Virus record (IMG/VR): IMGVR_UViG_2706796412_000001
Coordinates: 64,001 to 128,000 of that record
Source: Bixzunavirus tonenili
Lineage: Duplodnaviria; Heunggongvirae; Uroviricota; Caudoviricetes
Length of the DNA stretch: 64,000 nucleotides
Direction: 5' to 3' (one strand)
In this document: positions 35,591 to 43,377 of the stretch, piece after piece
How the letters are laid out: every line of letters starts with the position of its first letter
How positions within the stretch are numbered: position 1 is the first letter of the stretch
Notes under the pieces: model-generated
Told to the model about the DNA's origin: nothing
The model's input: the letters and a program-made list of their open reading frames with translations, nothing else
Databases searched by the model: none
Program-made: the position numbers and the translations under genes

Positions 35591-36667
35591 ATGGCCGCAC
35601 TTTCACAGCTCGACCGCGAGTTCGTCGACAACGTGGTGTCCGAGGAGATGGCCGCCACCAAGCAGCCGGGCATGATGCTGAAGATCACCGGCCCCGCCGG
35701 GGACTACGAGCTGACCCGAGGTCTGCGTACCGTGGCGCCGGACAAGCCGATGAGCTTCGACGCGAAGTTCCGCGCGGCCAGCGTCACCAAGACACTCACC
35801 GCCATGGCGATTCTCCGCGAGGTCGACAAGGGCAAGATCAGTCTTGACGACGTCGTCGACAAGTACGTCGCCCAGATTCCCAACGGCAGGCAGTTGACCG
35901 TCAAGCAGGTCCTCATGATGCGATCGGGTCTGGCCGAGTATCAGACCGACATCATCATCGCGCTGACCTTCCTGGCATTCCCCACCTGGCCCACATTCAG
36001 CCCGGAGGGGGCCATGCAGGCCGTTCGGCGCAACAAGGCCGTCTTCAAGCCCGGCGCCCAGTACATGTACTGCGGGTCCAACTACCACCTGCTGGCCCTG
36101 ATCCTGGAGAAGGTCAACGGTGGCAAGGACTGGAAGCGCATCCTGATGGACGACCTGGTCAAGCCGCTGGGCATGACTTCCACCTCGTTCCCCGACGGCG
36201 CGACCATTCCGCAGCCCGAGGTCAAGGGGTACACCACCGGCGTCTTCAAGAAGTGGTCGGAGAACGGCAAGGTCAACGCAAACTTCCACGGTCCTGCCGG
36301 AGGCATGGTCACCACCATGGGTGACATGCACAAGTGGGCCACCGCGATGCGAGACGGGGTGTTTCTCAAGCCCGAGACCCGCCAGCTGCAACACAGCCTG
36401 TTCTCGTCGGTGCCCTGGACCGACGAGGGGCCTACAGCCTTCGGTTACGGCATGGGTCTGCTGAGCTTCGGCAAGTGGTTCGGTCACGACGGATGGATTC
36501 CAGGCTACGGAACGGTCGCGATGTACGAGCCAGTCTCCGGAGCGGTGTTCACCGGTGTGGAGAACATGAAGACGCCGAACCTGAAGATGCTGTCTCGTGT
36601 CTTCGTGCGGGTGGCTGGCCATCTCTATCCCGGATCCATGGACACGCCCACCTACTCTCTGGGATAA
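35591..36667 (+). CDS. serine hydrolase, beta-lactamase/DD-peptidase fold
   Basis: SxxK (ASVTK), catalytic Tyr in YCGSNY, GHDG; 358 aa with no signal peptide. Confidence 0.85.
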   Translation: MAALSQLDREFVDNVVSEEMAATKQPGMMLKITGPAGDYELTRGLRTVAPDKPMSFDAKFRAASVTKTLTAMAILREVDKGKISLDDVVDKYVAQIPNGRQLTVKQVLMMRSGLAEYQTDIIIALTFLAFPTWPTFSPEGAMQAVRRNKAVFKPGAQYMYCGSNYHLLALILEKVNGGKDWKRILMDDLVKPLGMTSTSFPDGATIPQPEVKGYTTGVFKKWSENGKVNANFHGPAGGMVTTMGDMHKWATAMRDGVFLKPETRQLQHSLFSSVPWTDEGPTAFGYGMGLLSFGKWFGHDGWIPGYGTVAMYEPVSGAVFTGVENMKTPNLKMLSRVFVRVAGHLYPGSMDTPTYSLG

Positions 36668-36674
36668 TGGCGAC

Positions 36675-36833
36675 ATGGCCAACAAGCGCGCCCAGCCCGG
36701 AGACCCCGGTCAGGCTGGAAAACTCGACCCTCGCGGGCCGAACAAGTTCGAGCCGACAACCAAGGCTCGTGGCCCGGCCAAGCCGGGCGAGCCGGGCGGA
36801 GATCACTCTCTGCCGGGCGACAACAAGAAGTGA
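36675..36833 (+). CDS. small G/P/K-rich protein (52 aa)
   Basis: MANKRAQPGDPGQAGKLDPRGPNKFEP...; fills gap before tRNA-Gly. Confidence 0.4.
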   Translation: MANKRAQPGDPGQAGKLDPRGPNKFEPTTKARGPAKPGEPGGDHSLPGDNKK

Positions 36834-36843
36834 AAGCTTCGAT

Positions 36844-36916
36844 GCGAAGGTAGCTCAGCTGGTAGAGCGCCACCTTGCCAAGGTGGAGGTCGCGGGATCG
36901 TAACCCGTTCTTCGCT
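36844..36916 (+). tRNA. tRNA-Gly(GCC)
   Basis: CCACC-TT GCC AA-GGTGG; atypical T loop ATCGTAA. Confidence 0.9.
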
Positions 36917-36920
36917 CTCT

Positions 36921-36995
36921 GGCCCTGTGGAGCAGCTAGGAGTGCTCGCCACCCTGTCACGGTGGAGGTCGACGGTTCAAATCCGTTCAGGGTCG
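36921..36995 (+). tRNA. tRNA-Asp(GTC)
   Basis: CCACC-CT GTC AC-GGTGG; G73. Confidence 0.95.
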
Positions 36996-36998
36996 CAA

Positions 36999-37077
36999 TG
37001 CAGAAGAGATTCGGGGACCGAACTCGACTCACTCCACGGGCGCCCGGGGTGATGTAGCTCAAGGAGAGCCTTCTGTA
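36999..37077 (+). ncRNA. circularly permuted tRNA mimic (YrlA/Y-RNA-like topology)
   Basis: 8-bp closing stem enclosing a 5-bp/7-nt arm, a hairpin and TAGCTC-AAGGA-GAGC D arm, in that order. Confidence 0.45.
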
Positions 37078-37082
37078 GCTAT

Positions 37083-37154
37083 GCCTCACTAGCTCATTGG
37101 TAGAGCCGCTCGCTCATAACGTGCAGGTACCTGGTTCGATTCCAGGGTGAGGTA
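37083..37154 (+). tRNA. tRNA-Met/Ile2(CAT), elongator type
   Basis: Loop CT CAT AA; paired 1:72. Confidence 0.9.
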
Positions 37155-37159
37155 CGCAA

Positions 37160-37236
37160 GCCTGTTAGCGGACTGGTCGTCCGATCCAAGCTGATAACTT
37201 GGCGTAAGCGGTGTTCGATTCACCGAGCAGGTACCA
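37160..37236 (+). tRNA. tRNA-Ile(GAT)
   Basis: CCAAG-CT GAT AA-CTTGG; CCA encoded. Confidence 0.92.
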
Positions 37237-37297
37237 TCCAGCAGCGAGCGGGAGTGCACCCCGTGTTCGGCGAACCGTGGGGATGGATGCCCACACT

Positions 37298-37369
37298 GCC
37301 TCTATGGTCCAACGGAGATGACGCCGGTCTACGGAACCGGAGATGCGTGTTCGACTCGCGCTAGGGGCA
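37298..37369 (+). tRNA. tRNA-Arg(ACG)
   Basis: CCGGT-CT ACG GA-ACCGG. Confidence 0.95.
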
Positions 37370-37412
37370 CAAAGGGAGAGGAATATAAATCCTGGCTTGC
37401 CTCTCCCCTCAC

Positions 37413-37484
37413 GTCCGTGTAGCTCAGGGGTAGAGCGCCTGCTCGACACGCAGGAGGACCGAGGTTCGAAACCTCGCATGGACA
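37413..37484 (+). tRNA. tRNA-Val(GAC)
   Basis: CCTGC-TC GAC AC-GCAGG (C33). Confidence 0.92.
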
Positions 37485-37578
37485 CGGGGCATTGGTCTCC
37501 TCACCCTCGTCATGGGAGACCCGGTAGGGAGCGTCCCCAAAGGCCGTCGGCGCAAGCCGGGAAACGGGCTCCCACACT

Positions 37579-37648
37579 GTCCTCGCCAGCGGATCTGGCA
37601 CGAGGTTTCCGAAGCCACGTTGTGCAAGTTCAACTCTTGCCGGGGACG
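37579..37648 (+). tRNA. atypical tRNA-Arg(CCG) with shortened D region
   Basis: Acceptor GTCCTCG/CGGGGAC; loop TT CCG AA; T arm GCAAG-TTCAACT-CTTGC. Confidence 0.5.
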
Positions 37649-37656
37649 CGTCATCT

Positions 37657-37729
37657 GCCTCTGTAGCTCAACGGACAGAGCAACGCGGTCCTAACGCGGT
37701 GGCTGGAGGTTCGAATCCTCTCGGAGGCA
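37657..37729 (+). tRNA. tRNA-Arg(CCT)
   Basis: Loop GT CCT AA; canonical D and T arms. Confidence 0.92.
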
Positions 37730-37743
37730 CGCGGTACCCAGAA

Positions 37744-38176
37744 GGGCCTGACAGGTTTCGACTGGTCGATGGACAACTGAACAGCGGGCGAGTGTTGGCC
37801 GCACTTCTACTCTGAGTGAACGCGGCAACTGATAAACGCAACCGACACGGATGCAACGGTGACCGACGCCGAGATCGAGGCCTTCTTCGCTGAAGAGGCT
37901 GCCGCTCTCGTCTGAGGGAACCAGCTTGGCTCAGCGTGCTGCTGTGCAGCGGCCAGGCTTCATCTCTAACAGCAGCGAACGGACATGAGGGAGCGCAAAC
38001 CCTCGTCCCAAACATCATGAATGCGTCGCACGGGCTCCAGCGTCAGGGGCCAGAGGTGGGAAACGGTGTGAAACTCCTGTCCTGGGGATCACCGACCGAT
38101 ACGCCAAACCAGGACTACGCCCGTAGAACGCAGTGAGAAAGACACCAGGACGGGGGTTCGATTCCCCCCAGGTCCA
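37744..38176 (+). ncRNA. ssrA: tmRNA; tag reading frame 37838-37915 ATDTDATVTDAEIEAFFAEEAAALV*
   Basis: GGGCCTG/CAGGTCC-A acceptor with G3:U70, 5' GACAGGTTTCGAC, 3' GGGGGTTCGATTCCCCC T arm, resume codon after ATAAAC. Confidence 0.93.
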
Positions 38177-38270
38177 CGTTTGGTCGACCTTGCGGTGACG
38201 ACCAGGGTTAGCGCCGGTAGGCGAGGATTGGCGGCGGACATTTCCACATGACCCTGGTGACCAGACACCT

Positions 38271-38345
38271 TGGGGTATGGTGGCAATCTGGCAGTCCCGC
38301 CGGACTTTGACTCCGGAGGTGCAGGTTCGAGTCCTGCTACCCCAT
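38271..38345 (+). tRNA. tRNA-Gln(TTG)
   Basis: U1:A72; CCGGA-CT TTG AC-TCCGG. Confidence 0.92.
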
Positions 38346-38349
38346 CGAC

Positions 38350-38425
38350 GCCCTTGTAGCTCAGTGGACAGAGCGGCGAGCTTCTACCTCGCGGGCCGGG
38401 AGTTCGAATCTCTCCAGGGGCACCA
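38350..38425 (+). tRNA. tRNA-Arg(TCT)
   Basis: GCGAG-CT TCT AC-CTCGC; A20; CCA encoded. Confidence 0.95.
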
Positions 38426-38426
38426 C

Positions 38427-38499
38427 GGGCCTATAGCTGAGACGGATTAGCACCGAGCTTTTAACTCGGGGAGGTCGGATCGTTACCGGACTGGGCCCA
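38427..38499 (+). tRNA. tRNA-Lys(TTT)
   Basis: CCGAG-CT TTT AA-CTCGG; atypical T arm ATCGTTA. Confidence 0.82.
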
Positions 38500-38563
38500 C
38501 GTGAAAAGTGGTCTGTCCACGCATGCGGCACCAGCGATCACCCGATGACCTGGAGCGAGCACG

Positions 38564-38941
38564 TCAGCCAGCCGAGGACGGGGTGCGAGCAGCAGCCCTG
38601 AGGGTGTTGGCCAGCTTCTGCAGCAGGTACTGCTGCTGGCGCGCGTAGCGGTTGGCACAGCAGTACCAGGGCTGGCCACCGGCGCAGGCACACGGCATCG
38701 GCTCGTGGTTGTCCTTGACGCAGTCATGTCCCCGGTGGTAGCTCTCGTGATAGCCGCAGGTGCACACGTCGGAGTCCTCGACACTGGGCTCGTGCGGGTG
38801 ATTGGGGCGCGGCCAATTCCACAGTTCCATGCCGCAGTCCGGGCATAGGTTCGGCTGACGCGGGTAGAGGATCGCGTCGTTGGTGCTCAAGACGACGTTC
38901 TTCTTGCGCCAGGCCACTGGATCTGGATCAGAGCTGGTCAT
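38564..38941 (-). CDS. Cys/His-rich hypothetical protein
   Basis: CPDCG, CTCGYH and CAC motifs; ATGA overlap. Confidence 0.6.
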   Translation of the reverse strand: MTSSDPDPVAWRKKNVVLSTNDAILYPRQPNLCPDCGMELWNWPRPNHPHEPSVEDSDVCTCGYHESYHRGHDCVKDNHEPMPCACAGGQPWYCCANRYARQQQYLLQKLANTLRAAARTPSSAG

Positions 38942-39414
38942 CCCTCACCGGCCATGAGCTTGGCGTAGTCGAAGCGCTTGCCGAGCGCGTCGCGGATACC
39001 GGCCTGGCCCTCGGAGGAGTCCAGCCCCAGCAGCTCGCCGTCGTAGACCTTGGCGTACTTGGGCACCGTGGCCTTCTCCAGCAGGTAGTCGCGGCCCAGG
39101 TCGGTGATCCGCCATTCGCCACCCCTGCCACCGTCCTCACGGCTGTCGCGGCCCTGAATCAGGCCCCACCACTGCAACTGGGCGGCTTCGTGCGTCATGG
39201 TCCACAGCAAGCGGGTTTTCGTCCACGTCTGGCCGACGGCCCGCCACTGGTTGATCAGGGCCCGGGCCATGCCGGAGTTGATCGAGCGCCGGTAGACCTG
39301 GGCGCGCTGGCCGCACACCGGACACTTCACCCCGCCGTTCTCGGCGCCCTGGATGACGAACTCGCGGCCCTCCCGGATGGTCTGATCGGCGGTGGGCGGA
39401 AAGATGCTCTTCAT
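38938..39414 (-). CDS. winged-helix-like DNA-binding protein
   Basis: Start inferred at MKSIFPP...; CPVCG; LQWWGLI...GEWRITDLGRDYL. Confidence 0.6.
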   Translation of the reverse strand: MKSIFPPTADQTIREGREFVIQGAENGGVKCPVCGQRAQVYRRSINSGMARALINQWRAVGQTWTKTRLLWTMTHEAAQLQWWGLIQGRDSREDGGRGGEWRITDLGRDYLLEKATVPKYAKVYDGELLGLDSSEGQAGIRDALGKRFDYAKLMAGEG

Positions 39415-39478
39415 CGCGACAGCAGTTCGTCGTCGGCGCGCAGTGTGCCGGTGATGCCTTCCCAGGGTTGCGGGTACA

Positions 39479-39745
39479 TCACGGATTCTCTTCGTTGAAC
39501 TCGCGCCACGCCTCGTCCATCGGCATCCCGGCCAGCATAGTGACCACAAGTACGTCTTCGAGGTGTTCGGCTTTCTTCTGGCACCCCGGGCAGTACGCCG
39601 GTCCGTCCTGAAAGGCGAGAACGGTGCCCAGAAGCGCGCCCTGGATGCATGCCCCGCACAGGTTCCTGCTATGGCAGAGATCATGGGTGGCCATGTTGAA
39701 CAGGGCCTCCTCGGGGCACTGTCCGTCCGGCGATTCACACTTCAT
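39479..39745 (-). CDS. Cys-rich hypothetical protein
   Basis: MKCESPDGQC...LCGAC...CPGC; TGATG-coupled to helicase. Confidence 0.6.
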   Translation of the reverse strand: MKCESPDGQCPEEALFNMATHDLCHSRNLCGACIQGALLGTVLAFQDGPAYCPGCQKKAEHLEDVLVVTMLAGMPMDEAWREFNEENP

Positions 39746-41613
39746 CAGTCCTCCAGTCCGATCAGCCAGTCGATGTTGTTGCTCTCCTCGGCGGTCATCT
39801 CGGCGGTCGTCAGTTCCTCGCGGGTGCCCTGGACCGCCTCGGCGAGCTGGCGCCGGTGCTCGCAGACCTGCCAGATCCGGTTCTCCACCTTCGACTCCTC
39901 GGTGATCATCACGTAGGCCGTCAGGCCGTCGAGGTGGCTGTCGGCGCGGTCGATGCGCGCGTTGCGCTGGGTGAGGTCGTCGTAGCTGTAGAGCGGGTCG
40001 GTGTTGATCACGTAGCGGGCCTCCTGCATGTTGAGCCCGTGGCTTCCGGCGTCGGAGGTCAGGAAGCACGTGAGGTCCGGGTCGGCCTTGAAACGGTCCT
40101 GCGCGGCCTGGGACTCCCGGGCGGTCTGGCCGGTGCCGTAGTGGAGCACGTAGGGCACCTTGAGGTGGTGCCGCAGCGGCAGGATGCCCATCGAGGTCCA
40201 GTGACAGAAGACGATCGCCTTGTCCTGGGACTCCCGGATCGACTCCAGCCGGTCGTTGAGCATCTCGATCTTGGCCGAGAACTTGGCCTGGCACAGCTCG
40301 GGGTGCTCGGCCCAGATCTGGGCGGCGATGTCGTTGGTCGAGAACTGCAGCGCTGCCGGGTTGATCGAGGCCACTCGCATGGCCAGGTAGTGCGGGGCCC
40401 GGCTCTGCCCGAGGTCGCGGGCGATCTTGGCGTCGGCCAGGATCAGGTCGTAGATCGCGGCCAGCTCGTCGGTCATCGGCACCCACTCTGGGATGCACTC
40501 GATGCCCTTGAACTGCTCACGGATGCCCGGGTCGGTCTTGCGCACCGCCATGGTCCGGTCGCCGACGCGGTGGCGGACCTCGTGCAGGGCGTCGAGGTCC
40601 CAGTCGTACCTGGTGATGGAGAACCGTCCGCCGGACTTGGTCACGATCGGGATGGTGGTGACCTTCTCGGCGTAGCGGCTGACGAAGTCCTCCTTGGTGC
40701 CCAGCGGGTTGGACTTCGGGTGACCGTCGAGGCTGAAGACGTCTCGGAAGCGCAGCGGCGAGCCGCCGACCACGGTGGCGCTCATCGGCCAGATGGTGGC
40801 CGTGCAGGTTCGCACGAGCTTGTCCAGGGCCTTGCGGGCCTGGTTGGCGCCAGACTCGGCGATCACCTTGTGGCACTCGTCGAGAACGAACAGGACCCGC
40901 TTGCCGCGCACCATCTCTTCGAGCGCGTCGAAGTCCACCCGCAGCTTCTCGTAGTTCATCACGTAGACCTTGATGTGGCCGTCGGCCACGTAGCGCTTGC
41001 GGCGCTCGGCAGGCTTGGGATGGTCGTTGATGTAGGAGTTCAGACCGGCGGTGTGGTGGAAGTTGCGCACCAGGCCGATCTTGAGCTTGCTCAGGGTGCA
41101 GGCGATCACGACGTCGATCAGCCCCTCGTCGAAGAGCGCCTTGGCCCCGGCGGCGGCGCAGAAGCTCTTGCCCGCGCCCGCCGACCAGTTCAGGAAGTAG
41201 AACCGCTCCTCGTTGGTGGTGCCGGTGCGGGCCCGCTCCAGAGCCTGGTTGAGGCAGAAGCTCTGGAACTTGCGCAGGTCGTAACCGAAGATCTGCAGCG
41301 GCTCGCTCCACCGGCGGTGGTCTTCGAGGATCTTGGCCGTCGAGGGTCCGGCCAACGGGATGAAGTCGTCTTCAAGCAGCAGCTCAACGAACTGGTCGAG
41401 CAGGTGCAGGCCGTTGAGGATCAGGTGACGACTCAGCCAGTCGTGATAGGTCGTGTAGAACGCCGTGCGTGCTCGTGTGTCGACCGGCTCGACCTGCAGA
41501 TATCCCGGATATTCCGGGTGATCGGCAAAGATGACGATCCGGGCGGGACTGACGCCGTGCTGGATGAGATCGAGCGCGGCAGCCTCGACGTCCTCCGTGT
41601 GTCCGAAGGGCAT
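39745..41613 (-). CDS. SF2 (SNF2-like) DNA helicase
   Basis: WSAGAGKS (motif I), LDECH (II), SAT (III), TSDAGSHGLNMQ (V), QRNARIDR (VI). Confidence 0.88.
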   Translation of the reverse strand: MPFGHTEDVEAAALDLIQHGVSPARIVIFADHPEYPGYLQVEPVDTRARTAFYTTYHDWLSRHLILNGLHLLDQFVELLLEDDFIPLAGPSTAKILEDHRRWSEPLQIFGYDLRKFQSFCLNQALERARTGTTNEERFYFLNWSAGAGKSFCAAAGAKALFDEGLIDVVIACTLSKLKIGLVRNFHHTAGLNSYINDHPKPAERRKRYVADGHIKVYVMNYEKLRVDFDALEEMVRGKRVLFVLDECHKVIAESGANQARKALDKLVRTCTATIWPMSATVVGGSPLRFRDVFSLDGHPKSNPLGTKEDFVSRYAEKVTTIPIVTKSGGRFSITRYDWDLDALHEVRHRVGDRTMAVRKTDPGIREQFKGIECIPEWVPMTDELAAIYDLILADAKIARDLGQSRAPHYLAMRVASINPAALQFSTNDIAAQIWAEHPELCQAKFSAKIEMLNDRLESIRESQDKAIVFCHWTSMGILPLRHHLKVPYVLHYGTGQTARESQAAQDRFKADPDLTCFLTSDAGSHGLNMQEARYVINTDPLYSYDDLTQRNARIDRADSHLDGLTAYVMITEESKVENRIWQVCEHRRQLAEAVQGTREELTTAEMTAEESNNIDWLIGLED

Positions 41614-41623
41614 GGAGATCAGT

Positions 41624-41688
41624 CTACAGGTGAGCTATAGATCACACGCAATTCTTGGGAATGAATATCCATACCGCTCTGTTATAGT
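41624..41688. promoter_or_regulatory. divergent promoter region with two operator-motif copies
   Basis: CTACAG-N5-CTATAG (41624-41640); ATACCG-N5-TTATAG with TGn-TATAGT (41671-41688). Confidence 0.6.
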
Positions 41689-41728
41689 GGGTGCAGGACA
41701 CCCTATCACTCACTCAAGGAGATCCACA

Positions 41729-42028
41729 ATGACCACCTACATCCCCTCCATCGCCGTCAATCGTGACCTCCGCGACGCTGTTGCCAAGGGCGAGGCGACC
41801 GACGAGCAGGTCCGCTACGCCCGCGCCCTGATCGAGGTTCACGCGGTCGACGTCTCCCCCTACTATGGCAGTCGCCAGAAGGATGTGCGCTTCGCCCTCG
41901 ACGTCGCTGCCCACCTGATCGCCTCCGGCAAGTTCGTCACCACCCACCAGGTTCGCTCCCTCTACCCTGTCGGGGGCCTGACCTACGACCTGATCCGCGA
42001 TCTGATCGCCGAAGTCAAGGAGGCCTGA
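41729..42028 (+). CDS. hypothetical protein
   Basis: CA-rich leader plus AAGGAG; 99 aa. Confidence 0.75.
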   Translation: MTTYIPSIAVNRDLRDAVAKGEATDEQVRYARALIEVHAVDVSPYYGSRQKDVRFALDVAAHLIASGKFVTTHQVRSLYPVGGLTYDLIRDLIAEVKEA

Positions 42029-42033
42029 GGGTC

Positions 42034-42264
42034 ATGAGCACCACACACGCCCACAAGTACAGCATCGCCGACGAGCTTCACCAGGTCGCCGCCGACAACG
42101 GCTGGCGCGCGACCAACGTGCACGGCGGCACGGTGTACACCCGCGATGGCCACGTGCTGCGTGTCGACACCCGCGTGCTGACGCTCAATTTCGACGGCGA
42201 GACGGTGCGCCGGGAAGGGTTCGCCAGCCTGGCCCACCATGCCGTTGCCATCCTGAACGACTAG
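42034..42264 (+). CDS. hypothetical protein
   Basis: 76 aa, GAGG RBS. Confidence 0.65.
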   Translation: MSTTHAHKYSIADELHQVAADNGWRATNVHGGTVYTRDGHVLRVDTRVLTLNFDGETVRREGFASLAHHAVAILND

Positions 42265-42295
42265 GCACACTTGACCGAATTACACGCGTGAGAGT

Positions 42296-42347
42296 AAAAA
42301 GAAACGGAGCCCCCAGGCTGGCAGGCCTAAATCGGGGGCTCCGTTTT
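42296..42347. terminator. bidirectional intrinsic terminator
   Basis: 13-bp stem AAACGGAGCCCCC/GGGGGCTCCGTTT flanked by A and T tracts. Confidence 0.7.
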
Positions 42348-42698
42348 GACAAACTATGGCTGGTTTCGATACTACCGATTGTGGTGGTGCCGGGTCCAGC
42401 CCCTAGATGTAGGAGATGCTGCCCGGCGTTTTCTGGGAGAGTCCGCCTAATCAACCTCCCCGGGTATTCCGACCTGAACCCGCAGGTCAGCGAGCTACAA
42501 AGGCCACGAAGCTCGTAATCGCCTTCCCGTGCGTCCAAGTGGACGTGCGGCGCTCGGTCGTTGCTGTGTGCCTTTTCACAGTCCCTCGGCCCGCCGCCGC
42601 ACCGTGTGCTTGTGGGAGGGGGGTTTGGGGGGAGGGGCACATTTGTGCCCATATCCAAATCCCCCGACTATAGGCCCATCAGTGGGACACTAGACCCT

Positions 42699-43124
42699 GT
42701 GAGAGTCAAGAACGAGGACCTGTGGACCCAGGAACTGTCCCTGATGGAGCGCGACGAGCGTACCCGCAAATTTCGTGACTTCCTGCTGAAATGGGGCGAG
42801 CTGGCCGAGGAGGGCATAAAAGCCCTGCCTGAGGAGGGCGCCCACGCCGGGCCCTTCTTCTACGCCGAGGCAGTCAGCAAAGCTCTACCGGTTGCCGAGC
42901 AAACAATGGGCGGCTACCTCTCGGTCGAATGGATCGGGCAGATGCTGCTCTACTTCACCCAGCACGCGGTCTGGGGCGAGGACATGTACGAGGGGTTGCC
43001 GCTGATCGTGCAGCGGCTGGTCGAACAAGCGGCGGCGGTCGCTATCGCCCAGATGAACGAAGAGGCCGAGCGTGACTCAGCCGACTCCCAGACCGGGGGT
43101 GCTAATATCCCTGTAGACGAATAA
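42699..43124 (+). CDS. hypothetical protein
   Basis: 3' part of ORF 42561..43124 with normal codon bias; start uncertain. Confidence 0.55.
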   Translation: MRVKNEDLWTQELSLMERDERTRKFRDFLLKWGELAEEGIKALPEEGAHAGPFFYAEAVSKALPVAEQTMGGYLSVEWIGQMLLYFTQHAVWGEDMYEGLPLIVQRLVEQAAAVAIAQMNEEAERDSADSQTGGANIPVDE

Positions 43125-43170
43125 CAATCGTCCGACCTGCACCAACACACTCACACAGGAGGTCCGCCTG

Positions 43171-43377
43171 GTGGACACACCCATGCAGACACGAGGCCGC
43201 AAGGCCTTTTCCGACGTCACGATCAACGTCGCCACCGACATGCTGGCCAAGACCACCAGCCGGTCGGATCTCACGACGGAAGAGATCGCCATGATCCTTG
43301 GCACCGTCAAAGTCCTCCGCGCGCTGGCCAGACAGGTCAGCAAGCGGGAAGCGTCCTACGGAAAGAAGAACACCTGA
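43171..43377 (+). CDS. small hypothetical protein
   Basis: CA-rich leader plus AGGAGG; 68 aa. Confidence 0.7.
   Translation: MDTPMQTRGRKAFSDVTINVATDMLAKTTSRSDLTTEEIAMILGTVKVLRALARQVSKREASYGKKNT

Noticed and set aside
41630-41645. Second CRP site
   Set aside because: Spacing is GTGA-N8-TCAC, not N6; better explained by the CTRYAG motif it overlaps.
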